This document shows, piece by piece, positions 13,943-27,257 of a stretch of 64,000 nt of DNA. Source of the DNA: Daphnia carinata (taxonomy: Eukaryota). Positions within the stretch are counted from its first letter, which is position 1, and every line of letters begins with the position of its first letter. Under the pieces are notes generated by a model. It had not been told where the DNA came from and made no database searches. It saw only the letters and a list, made by a program, of their open reading frames with translations. The DNA is taken from positions 10,788,001 through 10,852,000 of the forward strand of contig NC_081331.1 in assembly GCF_022539665.2 (NCBI RefSeq), given 5' to 3'. Position numbers and translations under genes: made by a program.

Positions 13943-15415
13943 GTTGGGATTGTTCGATTGGCTGTGAGCAACTGATACCTTTTGCTTGATAAATTTTTTA
14001 TTTATACTTTTGGAACCAATAACCTGCGTTCTAGTTTTGATATACACACTTGAATATGAGGTACTTTCTCGTAGGAATTCGAACATTCTCCGTGACTACA
14101 TGTTGACTAGATTTATTAGATAACCACCCAAGGTATTTCCTACAGGCCATAACCCTCATGCCACTGTTACCTTCAAACAATATTACTAGACGCTGTAAAT
14201 CCTAGCTTTCCCTTGACTCATCATACACACATAGTTTTTGGAGAGAGCTGTTTAGAAATGTTTGTCTTTGAACTTGTTCTTCGCATTATTTTCCAGAATA
14301 TAGGAATCAATTCTTGATGAGGAAAGGGTATCCATTCTTGGTATTGCCCGATAAGTACATTGCCAGTAATCCACGCCTAGGTTTGTAGTAAGTAAAGTAA
14401 GGGCATACTGTAGTTTCTTGTCGTGGACGGGAAAATAAAAGTTGGTCGACTTTATTAGAGATAGAGCGAGCACTTTGAAAAGTAGAACAACCTAGTTAGA
14501 AATTACCATTTTATTCAATGCCACGACCCTTTCACTTGGCATACTATTTTTTCAAGTCCAAGAAAATTGTCGGTGATTTTTCAAACAAGGGCTCGATCGA
14601 ATGACATAGAATGAAACCGCATTAACCCGTCAGAAAGTAAGGCAATTTTTTTTTAGTACGCTGGCCGTGATAGATGGGCTAGTACGGGCCAAGTTCCAAT
14701 GATGGAAATTTTGCAGCGCAACTTGATTTTAATTTTTGGAAGTGAACTAAAGAACAAATGGCTGGATCACGTAGAACTGTTTGAGCGAAAGTGAATTTTA
14801 TTGTAACCCAGTTTATTGTAAATCACAGCATAAAGACATTTCGCTTGAAATTATTGGTAGAGGTATAGAACGATTTGGATATGACCTTTTACTTTTAGAA
14901 AATGACGTGCATAGATTTTAAACACCTTTGATTTTCATTTTTTTTTTCTTGACGTGTTTGTATTGGCTGAATTCTTGCCATACATGGACATTCCTTTTGA
15001 CACGTAGTGTATTGAGTCTTCCAGGAATTGCTATAACAGTGTTATAGACGTGCATTGTTTATTGCTGTTCTCCATGGACAACTGGCGATAAGTCGAAGTC
15101 AGTAAAAGTACAAGTCGACCCTGAAAGTCGTGGAATTTACAATTACAATAAGCAACGTCTTCCCATCTTCGTGGCCTAAAATAAGATTCTTCTTGAGGAA
15201 GATATTGCTGTTGCTGGCCATAAATTTCTCCTTTCGCTCATCTCCATATGATGCAACGCCTCCAACTAAAGAAGAGAACGTATGCAGTGGAGGTCTCGCA
15301 ACCACCTTTCGTGTGGCTTTGTAAAATATAAAAGATGGGTCGAGTTGGAAACATCTTCACTCTCGTCTCTTCTCTGTCTCCAGTTAAGCAGCAGAACCTT
15401 CCAATATCTAAAAAA

Positions 15416-15943
15416 ATGAAATTCGTAAGTTGCAATTCAGTTTTGTAATAGTTAAAATTATACCTTCTTTTGATATTTGCAATTTATATTTTATTTACAA
15501 TGACAGATCATCGCTCTTGCTTTCTTGGCCGTGGCACTTGCTGCACCTCAAGGAGATAAGAAGCCCATCGAAATTGTGTCATCCAACAGCGAAATGAACG
15601 CCGATGGCAGTTACTCCTTCAAGTAAGTAAACATTCAATGCCAAGTATGATAGACCCAATTCAATGGTCAAACTTATGCTTCACCAGTTTCGAAAGCGCT
15701 GACGGAACTAAGGTTCAAGAAAGTGGAAGCCAGAAACAAGTTGGACCTAAACCCGAGGATATCGGCACCGTTTCCAAGGGATCTTATTCCTACACTTCCC
15801 CTGATGGCGTCGTCATCACCGTCAACTGGGTTGCAGATGAGAACGGTTTCCAGGCTACCGGTGACCATTTGCCCACTCCTCCCCCGATGCCCGCTCACGT
15901 CGTCAAGCTCCTTGCTGACTTGAAAGCTGCCGGTGCTTTGTAA
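15416..15943 (+). CDS. RR-1 cuticle protein, type A copy 2 (3 exons)
   Basis: Near-identical protein to A1: MKF|IIALAFLAVALAAPQGDKK...GSYSYTSPDGVVITVNWVADENGFQATGDHLPTPPPMPAHVVKLLADLKAAGAL*; TATA 15327-15333. Confidence 0.95.
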
Positions 15944-16860
15944 ACAATTCAATTTCAGTTTTTCAATTTTGTACGTATGTCCATACTGCCCACGATTTCT
16001 TACACTTCCCTGAAAATACAGCATAAATTTTGTCATCCTTGTGTCATACAACAATTTTCTCTACTCTATAAAAAAAACAAGAAGAAATGGGGAGGAGTTT
16101 TGTTTGTCCGTCGGTACGTAAGCCGACGGGCAGGGATAGCAGCGGCTTTGCAAAATAATTTTGTCTATTTTAAATATTATTTAATGTTACTTTTACTTTT
16201 TTTTTTAAACATGTTATATAATAACAAAGATTCGAACCTGTGATGTCAGCATGGCAGCCGCAAACTATGCCTAAGCGCCTTCCTTCAGTCTATTTTTATA
16301 TATATAAGCTGCCTATTTGAATGGATATTCCAAGTCCTCACTTCCCTCCAATGCTCTCCTCCCTCCCACCCCTCCATACCATCATTCAAGATTCTTCATC
16401 TCATCGGATTACTACACAACATTCAGCTACTTCCTTGCATCTGATTAGCAAGATTCTACATTCTCATCGCTTCGGACATCATCTACACCAACGCTGGATA
16501 TCCCTTCAAGAAAAAAGAAGAGCCATGCCTACTAAAAAAGGGGCTAAAAATGGCAGAAGAAAAAATCGATCTGTAGTACCGTTCACTACATTGAAGATCT
16601 ACCCATAAACTCGTAGGTCGTAGGTTGTTCGTAAGTCTCCCCATGGCCACTAGGTTCATGCATGCAGGCAGCTAATCATCGGGGTATGTGACCCCCTTCG
16701 ATACCGTTTTGTTTTCTTTACTGTGTCTAACACCAGTAGGGCGTACAGTAGTGTGGCTAGCAGGTTAGTAGGTAGGTAGGCTAATTTATTCTTATAACAC
16801 TAAGCGATTTAATAACACAGTGTATTTATTAGTTATCCAGGCATGTTCTTTGCGAACAAA

Positions 16861-19246
16861 TCACAGCGAAACGTCCTGATCGAAGGAAAGGCTGTAGCCT
16901 TGCTGTTTCTTCATGATATCCAACTTGGTCAAGATTTCCATGACTATCAACCTGCTGTCGTGACTGATATCACACGCTGCCACGTTTTTGGCGAAGAAAG
17001 ACTTGATTTGAGGGCCCTGTGCTAAATACGTCTGAAGCACGCCGATGCAGTGGTTTATTCTATCAGCTGGATCCCAAGGTGGTCGACAATTTTTCATGTA
17101 ATGAAACAAACAGGTCTTCAGCGCATAAGACGATGGACTGGTCTTTCGTTGGATGGTATGTTCCACACCATCTCGATGAGGATTCTTTCGATGGTTAGCC
17201 ATCAGAACGAAGAATTTAAGGAGACGGAGTACTCGAGAGACATCCGGGAAACACGACTGATGGAGGAAGACGTCACGTTCTAAAGCGAAATGCGACACTT
17301 TCCATCGACCTCGTTCATTGCGCCTGTATGGGACCAAATGTCGCTCTCGTACCTCGTTTTGCTGAGCATTTAATTTGCACAACACGTCGGGTAAATGAGG
17401 TGCTCCAGTATCTTGAAAGGGACCACCGTTAATACCAGTCAACGTAACAACCAAACTCAAATCGATACTGATTTTCATCGGTTTTTCTCGTCGCCCGCGA
17501 TAGACAAACGTCAACGTCACGCACGTCTCAGAAAGAGAAACGACTGGATGGAAAAACCGGACGTTCCATATTCGACTGCTAGCTTCTTCGATAAGCGATT
17601 TGTAATAGAACAATAGACGGCCCGAGCTGATAAAGTAGTCGGTGTAAAATGCATCAACTTCTGCATTTTCTTTAGCAAAAACGACACCGACGTCTGTACT
17701 GCTGCCTGATTCTTGTGCTAGCGCTGAAAAATGTTTCAACGGAATACCGAAATCAAATTCATTAGCCGCAAGGATATCACTTCGTTCAGCCCAACTACCG
17801 TATTCGATCAGTGGCCCGCTTTCGAAACGGTCGTCTAGCTCTCGTATGGTGTCGATTAGACTGTTCAAATACTTGCGAACATGGCGAAAGATGATGCACC
17901 AACGGCAAGAATGAAGGCACTGCCAGTGAGAATGTTCGCTCAGGTAAAATTCCACTTCATCCAAACTGAGTTTATCTTTTTGCCAAGCACTGGCCATCCA
18001 TCGCCAATTATCTGGTTCTGGAACTGGTTTCAGGTCGTGTTCTGACGATACTATCGAGCAAGACCGAAGAGGCATGAGTTTCTCATGGATAGATGGTACG
18101 AATTTTGTGAATTTCACCCGTCGGATTGGTTTGGAGATGGTTTCGGATTCATTTTGGTTGTAAACAAAGAATTTGTCGAATTGCCATGTTGGCTGACATT
18201 GTGGACACAACGTTGTTGAATTGTAACACACTTCATTCAGGTAATCCGTAGCTGATTTGCCTTTATCGCTGTGGCACTGATAAGAACTTATTTCACTAAA
18301 ATAGTACGTCCATTCCTGACACCCGAGCTTGGCCATGTTCAACACGGATTCATCGTTCCACACTAAACTTTTCCAGTCTGAATGGCGATGGGACATCATC
18401 CACGTACAGGCCGAATGGAAATCTCCGCAAGGATTGAAAAGCATTAGTTCTAATGCGTGGAGTTTTTTGTAAGTTTGACAGTGGATGTCAACACCATTCT
18501 CGACGAGTAACTGGAAAATGGGCAGCAATTTTCCACGTTGACTGTAATAGCGACACAGAATATGAAGGACGTTCCAGCCTTCTAAATCTCTGGCTTCCAA
18601 GTTGATCTTGTGACGAATCATCAGGTGAAAAAATTGAATGAGATCGGTACCCTGATAGAATCGAGCCAGATAGTGAAGAACATTCCAACCTTCTAAGTCG
18701 GTGGCTTGAACGTTCGCTCCATTTTCCAAAAGCAATTCCATGATTGGCAATAATTCTTTTGACTGGTTAAATCGCGCTAAATAATGTAACACTCCCCATC
18801 GTTTGCGGTCGGTTACGTTCAAATCCACTTTGCTGTCAGTCAGGGCCTTGATTGAACGAATTAAACTAGGTGTCTGATTGAAACGGCACAGAATATGCAA
18901 AGCTCTGTTGCCATTGGCATCGGTATCGTTGGCATTGGCTCCATATATCAAAAAAAGACGGATCAGTTTGGCCAACGAATCGTTTTGGTTCTTCCAGCAC
19001 ACCCAAAGAAGTACAGTCCATCCGTTGCTACGGATGTTCACGTCTGCACCACCACGAAGCAGATTTGCCACCCGGTTAAAACTGACAGCCTCGTGAGCCG
19101 ATTTCTTGCACAGCGACCATAATTCGACGTCTTTCTAAATTTTTGACAAAGTTTGTAATAACATATTTCAACGTTTTGTTGGTATTGTAAAAAAAAAAAA
19201 AAAAAAATCACTGTACCTTGTTTTGTGGTTGCTGAGCTGCGGCCAT
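16861..19246 (-). CDS. Ankyrin-repeat plus Mab-21/cGAS-like nucleotidyltransferase (cGLR-like), about 767 aa
   Basis: Exon 1 19246-19217 (MAAAQQPQNK), phase-0 intron 19216-19135, then one 2274-nt exon. About six 37-aa ankyrin repeats (GWNVLHYLARF-type), then YGSWAERSDILAANEFDF (GS...EFD), ISIDLSLV, WKVSHFALERDVF, VLRLLKF, SSYALKTCLFH, WDP, IKSFF: ordered Mab-21 motifs. Confidence 0.88.
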
Positions 19247-20294
19247 TGCATTAGCTTAACTGAGATTTACACTAGCAACAAGATAACCTTAGATTTCAAT
19301 GCCAAGTTAGAGTTCTTACCCGTTTAGAGAGCCAAGCGCACTTTCGTGGTGTCGGACGACTTGTCAGTTGTTTCATAATAAAATTATAAATTTTAGGTAA
19401 TTATCGCATATCGTGAGTATTTACCCATAGCTTAAGCCGTTGTAGTTATCTACAAGTGACGTACATTTGCATCACAGTATGCAGGAGCATTAAAAAGAAT
19501 CGACGCAAAAAACACTTGATACGGTGCTTATTCAGAGTTTTTATCAGAACAAGTAATAAACTTGCATCGTAGTATAAGCTACATAAGAAACGCTTTATTC
19601 TTTTTCTTCGTTATAATTTTTTCGTTTCCAAGTTTTACTCGATAAAACATTTCTGTGTTGAATGAAAATAATAGTGTTGCTCTTGATGTCTGTTCACTGG
19701 TGACCAGTCTAATTTAAAATGTTGGCAAAAGTATGTTATTATAGGTATTTTTATTTTAATCTTTGCGAACGAAGTACTATTGGCATTTCCAAATTTACGG
19801 TGCAAGTTCAATGAATATCATAAGCACCGCAACTAGCAAAGGTTTGTTAGCCAGCTAGTCGCCAACAAGAGACAAGCCAAATCTGGCCAAATACACAAAC
19901 TGTAAAACTTGTTAGGATGCTGTTTATCCTATTTTTATTGATTGTAGCCCGAGTTCTTAAATCTAGCTTAATGGCTGCCGTATAGTTTTGGCGTCTCAAC
20001 TTTGTTCGTCTTTTATTCATTAATGACCAAACATATTGAGATAAACACTTGACAAGACAGTTAGCTCGTTTATTGTCAAGTAAGTTTTGTAAAAAAATTA
20101 TCAATCTTCTTTTTAAACAACAAAATTCGAGACTGAATGCACTTTGCGCAGCGAATTAATTGCTTTTACTTCTGACAGAACTGTCATTACCTCGAAGCTT
20201 CTTCATTTGGTCATAAGATTTTTTTTGTTTTTGTTGCAGGCTGTTGCTGTTAGAGTTTACAAAAGCAGAAATTAACTGCTAAGTAATCTCAAAA

Positions 20295-23200
20295 ATGTCA
20301 AAACGACCTTCGGAAGAGTCACAGACTGGAGCCAGCTCAGGTCCTCAATGTAAAAAGGTTCAGTTTGAACCTATTAGGCTTGGTGCAATTTCTTCATTGG
20401 AGGAAATGGACATGAAAGTTCTTCAGTTTCAGAACAAAAAACTCTCACAGGTAACAAATAAAATATAATTGCTTTAGTTTGCACTATAATGTTTACCTGT
20501 CATAGCGTTTGGAACTGAGGCAAAGAACCGAAGCAGAGTTGAGACAAAGGATTGAGCAGCTGGAGAAGCGCCAGATGCAAGATGATGCTGTGCTTAATGT
20601 CATTAACCGTTATTGGAATCAACTGAATGAAGATGTCAGAATTCTTTTACAAAGATTTGATGCTGAAACTGCTGATGAAAATGAAAGCAAAAGTACAAAA
20701 CATGGCAGTTTTATAGTTCTCAGATACTCAGAATTCATATGGCTACATTCTAGATGAAAGTGAAGCGACAACATCTTTTCTTGCATTGCTTTCCACCTGG
20801 GACAAGGATGAACTCGACGAAAAACTTGCCAATCGAGTTTTAGTATCGCAACGGGCTGTTGCAAAGCTAATTAGGGCTTTTGACAGACTGCTGCAAAGAA
20901 ACGAAAAAGTTACACAAGCTCTAAAAGGAGAATCTGATAATGGTCAGCTATAGGTTAGCAGATTATTTTTCAAGTGGCTGATATATTTTTTTAAATAGGT
21001 GAAGTTGCCAATCTAGAAGAAGCCATCAAGCAGGTTAATACCGAAATTCAAGCCGAAAACAGCAATCTCCATGTACTGAATACTTCACTTCATGAAAAAA
21101 ACCATGCCATTTCTCTGAAGGTAAAATTTATTCCATTTCTAACTTTTTGCATTTCCCACCACATCCATTTGTGCTTTAGTTGAAAGAGATGCAAGAGCAA
21201 CTCACAGCGAAAGAAACCGAAGCGGCGGAGCTGCAAAACAGAGTAGATGATTTGGATTACGAACTGCAAAAACGAAGACAACGAGCCGACTCGTTGGAAA
21301 ATCACTTGGCAGAAGCGTTGGAAAAGATTAAAGTTCTTCAGCAACAACCTGGTGTTCAAGTGGAAGCTGAAAAATCTTCCGGTAGCAAAGTGGTCTCGGT
21401 GTCCCAGAAAAAGGTACTGAATTATTTTGTTTGAAAAGTGAGTTGGCAATCAATACCGAAGTTATATTAAAAACAGATGGAAGATCAACATAAAGAATTG
21501 GAAGAACAGAGAGAAATGGCCACAAATCGTTTAGCTGAACTCGATCGTCTTCATCAGAATCACAGAGACGTATTACAGCAACTAGAACACCTCAAGATGG
21601 ATGTAATACCGCTAATTATCCATTTTAACATAAAAAATTGGCAAAAATTAAAAATTCGTTATATTTCAGATTCGCCAGTTGCCTGAGTCCGTCGTTGTAG
21701 AGACCACCGAATACAAGTGCCTGCAGTCGCAGTTTTCAGTGCTCTATAATGATTCCATGGGCCTCAAAACGCAGTTGGACGAGGCTCGTCAGCAGTGGCA
21801 CACAGCGAAAAATGCTCATCTTCGTCAAATCGAATTGATGGAGGTAATTTTTAACCATACCGTGTTTACCATCCTAATTCCTTTTACTAAATATGCTCTG
21901 TTATTCCTCGCAGAGTGACGAGTTATTGAGGCAGAAGCAGTTGCGAACGGAAGTCATTCAACTAGAGGACATGCTGGCCCAGGTGCGCAAGGAATACGAG
22001 ATGTTACGCATCGAGTTTGAACAACAATTGGCGGCCAATGAGCAAACGGGACCCATTAACCGCGAAATGCGTCATCTCATCACATCTTTGCAAAACCACA
22101 ACCAACAGCTGAAAGGCGAAGTTCACCGGTACAGGAGGTCAGTATGCGGGATGTATAGACACATAAAATCAAACAGGGTCTTGCCGTCTAACCTTGAATT
22201 CTCCACCAATCATGGTGTCTTTTGAGAAGGAAATATAGAGAAACGAGCGGAGAACTAGCCAAAACTAAACGAGAATTAGAAGAAACCCAGGCCAAGGTTC
22301 AAGCACTTCAAGAAATTCGCGATGCCCGTGACGCCGACGCTGCCGCGCAACGAGAAGCAGCCGAAAACGCTGATGCCTCAGATTCCATGGGTCTACCTGG
22401 CGATGTGATTGACCCAAGTCTCGTCAAAGATGACCCGGAAATCAAAAGAGAACCAGATGATGACTCTGCCGCAGACGATATAAAAGATGACATTGGTGAC
22501 ATTAAAAAGGAAAAATGTGACATTAAAAAAGATTTGTCCGACACCAAACCAGATCCAGCTGTTTTGGCTGCAGCTGCGGCCAAGATCAAAGAACAGAAAA
22601 ATGCCGAAGCTGAAGTCGTTCGCGATCTTAAAGCCCAGCTTAAGTATGTTGATTAATATTTAGTGAAGTTCAAAATTACGTCTGGTTTTTATTATTTTCT
22701 TGCTGTCTACTCTGCAGAAAAGCGCACATTGATCAAAGGGAAATGAAGCTTCTTCTTGATATGTATAAAGGTGTTGGTAAAGAGACTCGAGATAAAACAC
22801 AGCTGATGGCGGCCGAGCGAAAAGCTCGTCTCGAAATCGATGATCTGAAACAACAGTTGAAAAAGATGCAAGCCAGCTCTGAAAGTAAACGCGAAGAACG
22901 GAAACGTCTAGCCGATGACGAGGCTGTTCGTAAAATTCGTTCACTTGAAGAAGTGGTTCACCAGTTGCAAAAGCAAGTGGCGGCCCAGAAACAGGAAGAA
23001 GAAGCTCTTTTGAATGAAATGGAAGTAACTGGGCAGGCATTTGAGGACATGCAGGAACAAAACTCTCGACTTATTCAACAGTTGCGCGAAAAAGATGACG
23101 CCAACTTTAAACTGATGTCGGAGCGCATTAAAGCCCAACAAGTTCACAAATTGCAAAGAGAAGAGAAAGACATGCTCGTTGAACAGGTTGGTTTCGTTAA

Positions 23201-23899
23201 AAATTGATTTTAAAAAATTTAATCTTAATTAGTAGCACTATTTGTTCTAAAGGTTTCGACGTTGAATATGCAAGTGGAGGCTCAAAACCAAGTCGTTCGA
23301 CGGCTAGAAGAAAAAGAACGTCTGCTCCAGAGTAGCATTTCCTGTGCCGAAAAAGAGCTGATGCTTAGACAACAGGCCATGGAGATGCACAAACGTAAGG
23401 CTATCGAGAGTGCCCAATCAGCCGCTGATCTTAAACTTCATTTAGGTACTAACCGTTGATATTCTGTTTAAATTGAAGACCATCTTGCTATTCGTGTTAT
23501 TTACTTTTGTATCTTCTGCCTATAGAAAAATATCACTCCCAGATGAAGGAGGCCCAACAAGTAGTGGCTGAAAAGACGGGCACACTTGAGGCGGAGGCTT
23601 ACAAGACGCGCCGGTTGCATGAAGAGCTAGCGCAATTGAAGCGCCGCGTTGAGCGACTCAAGAAGATTGAAGCGGCCGGAACCGCGGACGAAGTTCTTCG
23701 TGAAGAACTACGCGAATACAAGGATACACTTACGTGTCCTTCGTGTAAGGTGACGCGTAAAGACGCCGTCCTAACCAAATGTTTCCATGTTTTTTGCTTC
23801 GACTGTCTCCGCACACGGTACGAAACGAGGCAAAGGAAATGTCCCAAATGCAATGCAGCTTTTGGAGCAAATGACTATCACAGACTTTATTTGTCGTGA
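20295..23899 (+). CDS. Bre1: E3 ubiquitin ligase Bre1 (RNF20/RNF40 homolog), multi-exon
   Basis: MSKRPSEE...[89 protein letters not shown]-terminal [60 protein letters not shown]. Confidence 0.97.
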
Positions 23900-25167
23900 T
23901 AAAACCAGAGGATTTAAAATGCACCGTTCCACTTTTGTCATGTCCAATTTTGTTTCTTTGCTAGAAAATAAAAATACATTGACGTTTCATTCTAGAATAC
24001 GTTCCCTGGCGAAGATAGTTTACCAAAAAGAAAAAGGGATTTTTAGGGAACTAGGTTAAAAATCTTACCATTTTTCTGCTATGCATCGAAATGGTTATTG
24101 GTCAACTGTAGCAGTTGTTTAAATGACTGATGTCAAGTGGAATGGTACTAAGTGAAACTTTACTTTGTGTTAATGCCTCTGCTGTTGTCACAAGTTGGAC
24201 ATGTGCCACACGTTAACGTTGTTTTTTGTTTGTTTTTGGGGTTTTTAGTTCGTCTTAATCTTTTTTTTTCAAACTCCAATTTTGTTGAGAAACCAATCAA
24301 ACAGGTTCTACTACACCGACTTGTATCGCCATAGGAAAGACGTCTAGAAGACAAGAAGGCTAAGTTTTAAATAAATTATCGATTGTGAATAGAATGGCCA
24401 AATTGTAATTAATTAAACAATTTTTTTCTATTAGTGAAAACAAGGATCTTCCCCACTAGTCGTAGAACAGCCCAAGAGAAGAATTTGACCATCGAAAGTG
24501 TTGTTCCTTTTTAGAGCAATCAGTTCCAAAGCTAAAGTGGGGTGGGAAACCTCATAATTTTCGTCTGCAATACGACGTGGCAAATTATTTGGGTTAATCG
24601 TACGTCTGAAAGGCAGTCTGTAGTATCCAGTTCTACAGTCAACCGTGTAAAATGATTCATGTTAATTCAACTGAAGCGATCTGTAAACCTACCCGGTGTA
24701 TTTTGAATGCACGAAGGTACAATGTGAAACACCAAAATGTGAGATACCAAAGTTCAACTTATTCAACGGCCAAGACAAACAATGTCCCCCTTGGTCAAAG
24801 TTTCTTCAAGTCCACAGGAATCAAAGAAAAGGGACGTTGCATAAATGAGTTCGACGGGTACTCTTCTAGAAAAAGCGTCACGATTTTCACTTAACCTCTT
24901 TCTAGTTATTTGATGGGACAGCAATGTGACCTCCTTCTTAGTTTTTCCTGTTTTTTTTCAGTGTTATTGGCTTTGACAGGCTATAGATATTGCTAAAAGG
25001 CGAGTGTCGTGCTAAGCAACCCAATGCACCGGTCACGTTAGTCACTTGTCTTCCTCAAACACACACAAAAGGAGAATATCACGAGCTTCAGCATCCGTAA
25101 AGGAAAAAAAAATCGGTTTTCATCAAATTTGATTTTAGCCTTCTGTCGACCTAGATAATAGTCTATA

Positions 25168-26688
25168 ATGTTACGGAAAATTGCACTTCTGATCTGCCTG
25201 GTGCCAACCTCTCTAGCCATTCCTCGTAAGTAATTTTTTTTTGTGTGTGCTATTTCCCAATGTACACCTGATGTATATTTTGTTTGTGCAACTTTGCTTT
25301 AATACGAAGCAATTGATAATTCAACAACAATTGGGGGGATCTAACTTATCGCGAATGTCCGATCATTGTCAGGTCCAAACGTTCCGGAAGGATCAGAGAA
25401 CGATGTGTCCATTTGTTCGCTGCCCCCAGTCAGCCAGGGCACGAAGAAATGCCGGGGTTTCTTCCCACGCTGGACTTACAACGCCGAAACAAAATCCTGT
25501 ACGGGGTTCTTGTATGGCGGTTGCGGAGGCACGGATAATTTGTTCCTAAGCGAATTCGCCTGTCTGGCAAGATGCAATCAACAGGGTAAGCAGTGACATC
25601 GGTGCTTCGTTTGCTACTTTAACACTATTAATCATTAACTTCCGTTTCAATTTCAAACTTTTTTAAAGGACTGGAGAAGCTTATCAAACAAAGTGATCCT
25701 ACTTCACGGTGCATGCAACCAAAAGCCGAAGGTCTTTGTCGGGCAGTCATTCCGAGTTTCTATTTTGACGTGCAAACTGGCAAGTGCACGCTTTTCGATT
25801 TCAGCGGCTGTCACGGAAATGACAACAGATTCGCCACGGAAGAGGAATGCGAGCAGGCATGTTACCACTACCCAATCTATTGGCAAGACACCGGCAATCC
25901 TCTTTCAACTATTACTTCTACCGGAGTAACTGATTTAGGTACATTAAATGTTTTAATTTTCGTCAATTTCACTAGTCTGAATGGCTTACGCTACACCAAC
26001 ACATTCAGCTGTTTTCATTTTCTTGTTTTTGATTTGCTTTTAGGTAGCGACAACAAAGACGTCCATGGTGAAAAGCTGGACGTTTGCTCGCTACGAGTTG
26101 TAAATCCAGGGCCAAAAAGATGTAAAATCAATACTCAAGGGCGTTGGACGTACAACAGCAAAACAGGAAGATGCGATCAGTTCGAGTACATACCTTGTTC
26201 CAGCGTTGATCCACCGAATTTATTCTTAAATGAATTCGCTTGTTTGGCCAGATGCAATGAACAAGGTACACCTCTCGTAGTTTAAATCATTTTGGGTGAT
26301 AAATATTTTTAGAATTTGGCAAACCATTTAGGACTAAAGAAGCTGATTGATTCAAGTGATCCTTCGTCGCCCTGTATGCAGCCAAAAACTGCCGGCAATT
26401 GCCGTCTTTTCATTCCTAGATTCTTCTTTGATAAGCAAACTGGAAAGTGCGAATCGTTCGTATACACCGGTTGCGGTGGTAACGACAATAACTTCAAGTC
26501 GCAAGAGGAATGTTATCTCAAGTGTAACAATAATGGCTCACTAGAAGAATCTGACTCAGTTACGGTCAATTATGCTGCAGGTACTATTTCGTAAATTAAA
26601 AGTCCACAACTACAGTACGTTAGATTTTGAATCACCTCTGGTTTTTCACTTTCTAGGTACAGGTAATGTTGAAGTCCTTGAAGCTTGA
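25168..26688 (+). CDS. Secreted four-domain Kunitz/BPTI-type protease inhibitor
   Basis: Signal peptide MLRKIALLICLVPTSLAIP; four six-cysteine Kunitz domains on separate exons (e.g. CRGFFPRWTYNAETKSCTGFLYGGCGGTDNLF; CRLFIPRFFFDKQTGKCESFVYTGCGGNDNNFKSQEEC); last exon GTGNVEVLEA* stop 26686-26688. Confidence 0.9.
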
Positions 26689-27257
26689 TCATGCCGGGCT
26701 TTCCTTGATGGCATCTTCGTTAAGTCTCCGGTTGCAGTTATTTTTCCAGGAACCCAAGTGATTGATGAAAACGACTATGCTTTAGACTGGAAGAAAAAAA
26801 CCATGAACTTGCAGGTCGTTAGCATATTTCTCATTATATACAATAACTTGTAATATTTTTTATATCTGTTAAATCGTAATTGTCGGAAATTATACTTTCT
26901 TTGATAAATGTATTCTTATAAGGCTGGATGACTTTACCGAGCGATTGCATAAAACTTGTATTGCTGGCTGATTAGTAATGAACTTATAGGCATAAGTAAT
27001 CAGCCACCATCTTAAGTTGAAGTAGATAATTTAGTTTGATTAATAGGTAAATGTCACTAAACTAACTCCGATATTCAAACACGAAAAAAAGGCTCATGAG
27101 ATCATACAGTCGGATGGACACATAACGGCTAGAACTCGTTGAACGTTGTTCTTTATTTTGAGCATTTTGGTACTGGAATACTACATACGCTTCCGCCAGT
27201 GAATGGTAGAGTATTTACGCCATTTATAGGAACTTAAATTTTATTTAACCAAATTCA

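Noticed and set aside
14252..14473. ORF with YWQC suggesting a FLYWCH/MULE remnant
   Set aside because: Single short motif with no second Cys/His pair or transposase core visible.
16298..16720. TATA-like stretch followed by a 95-aa ORF
   Set aside because: No recognisable domain, low-complexity composition, stops follow; cannot support a gene or element call.
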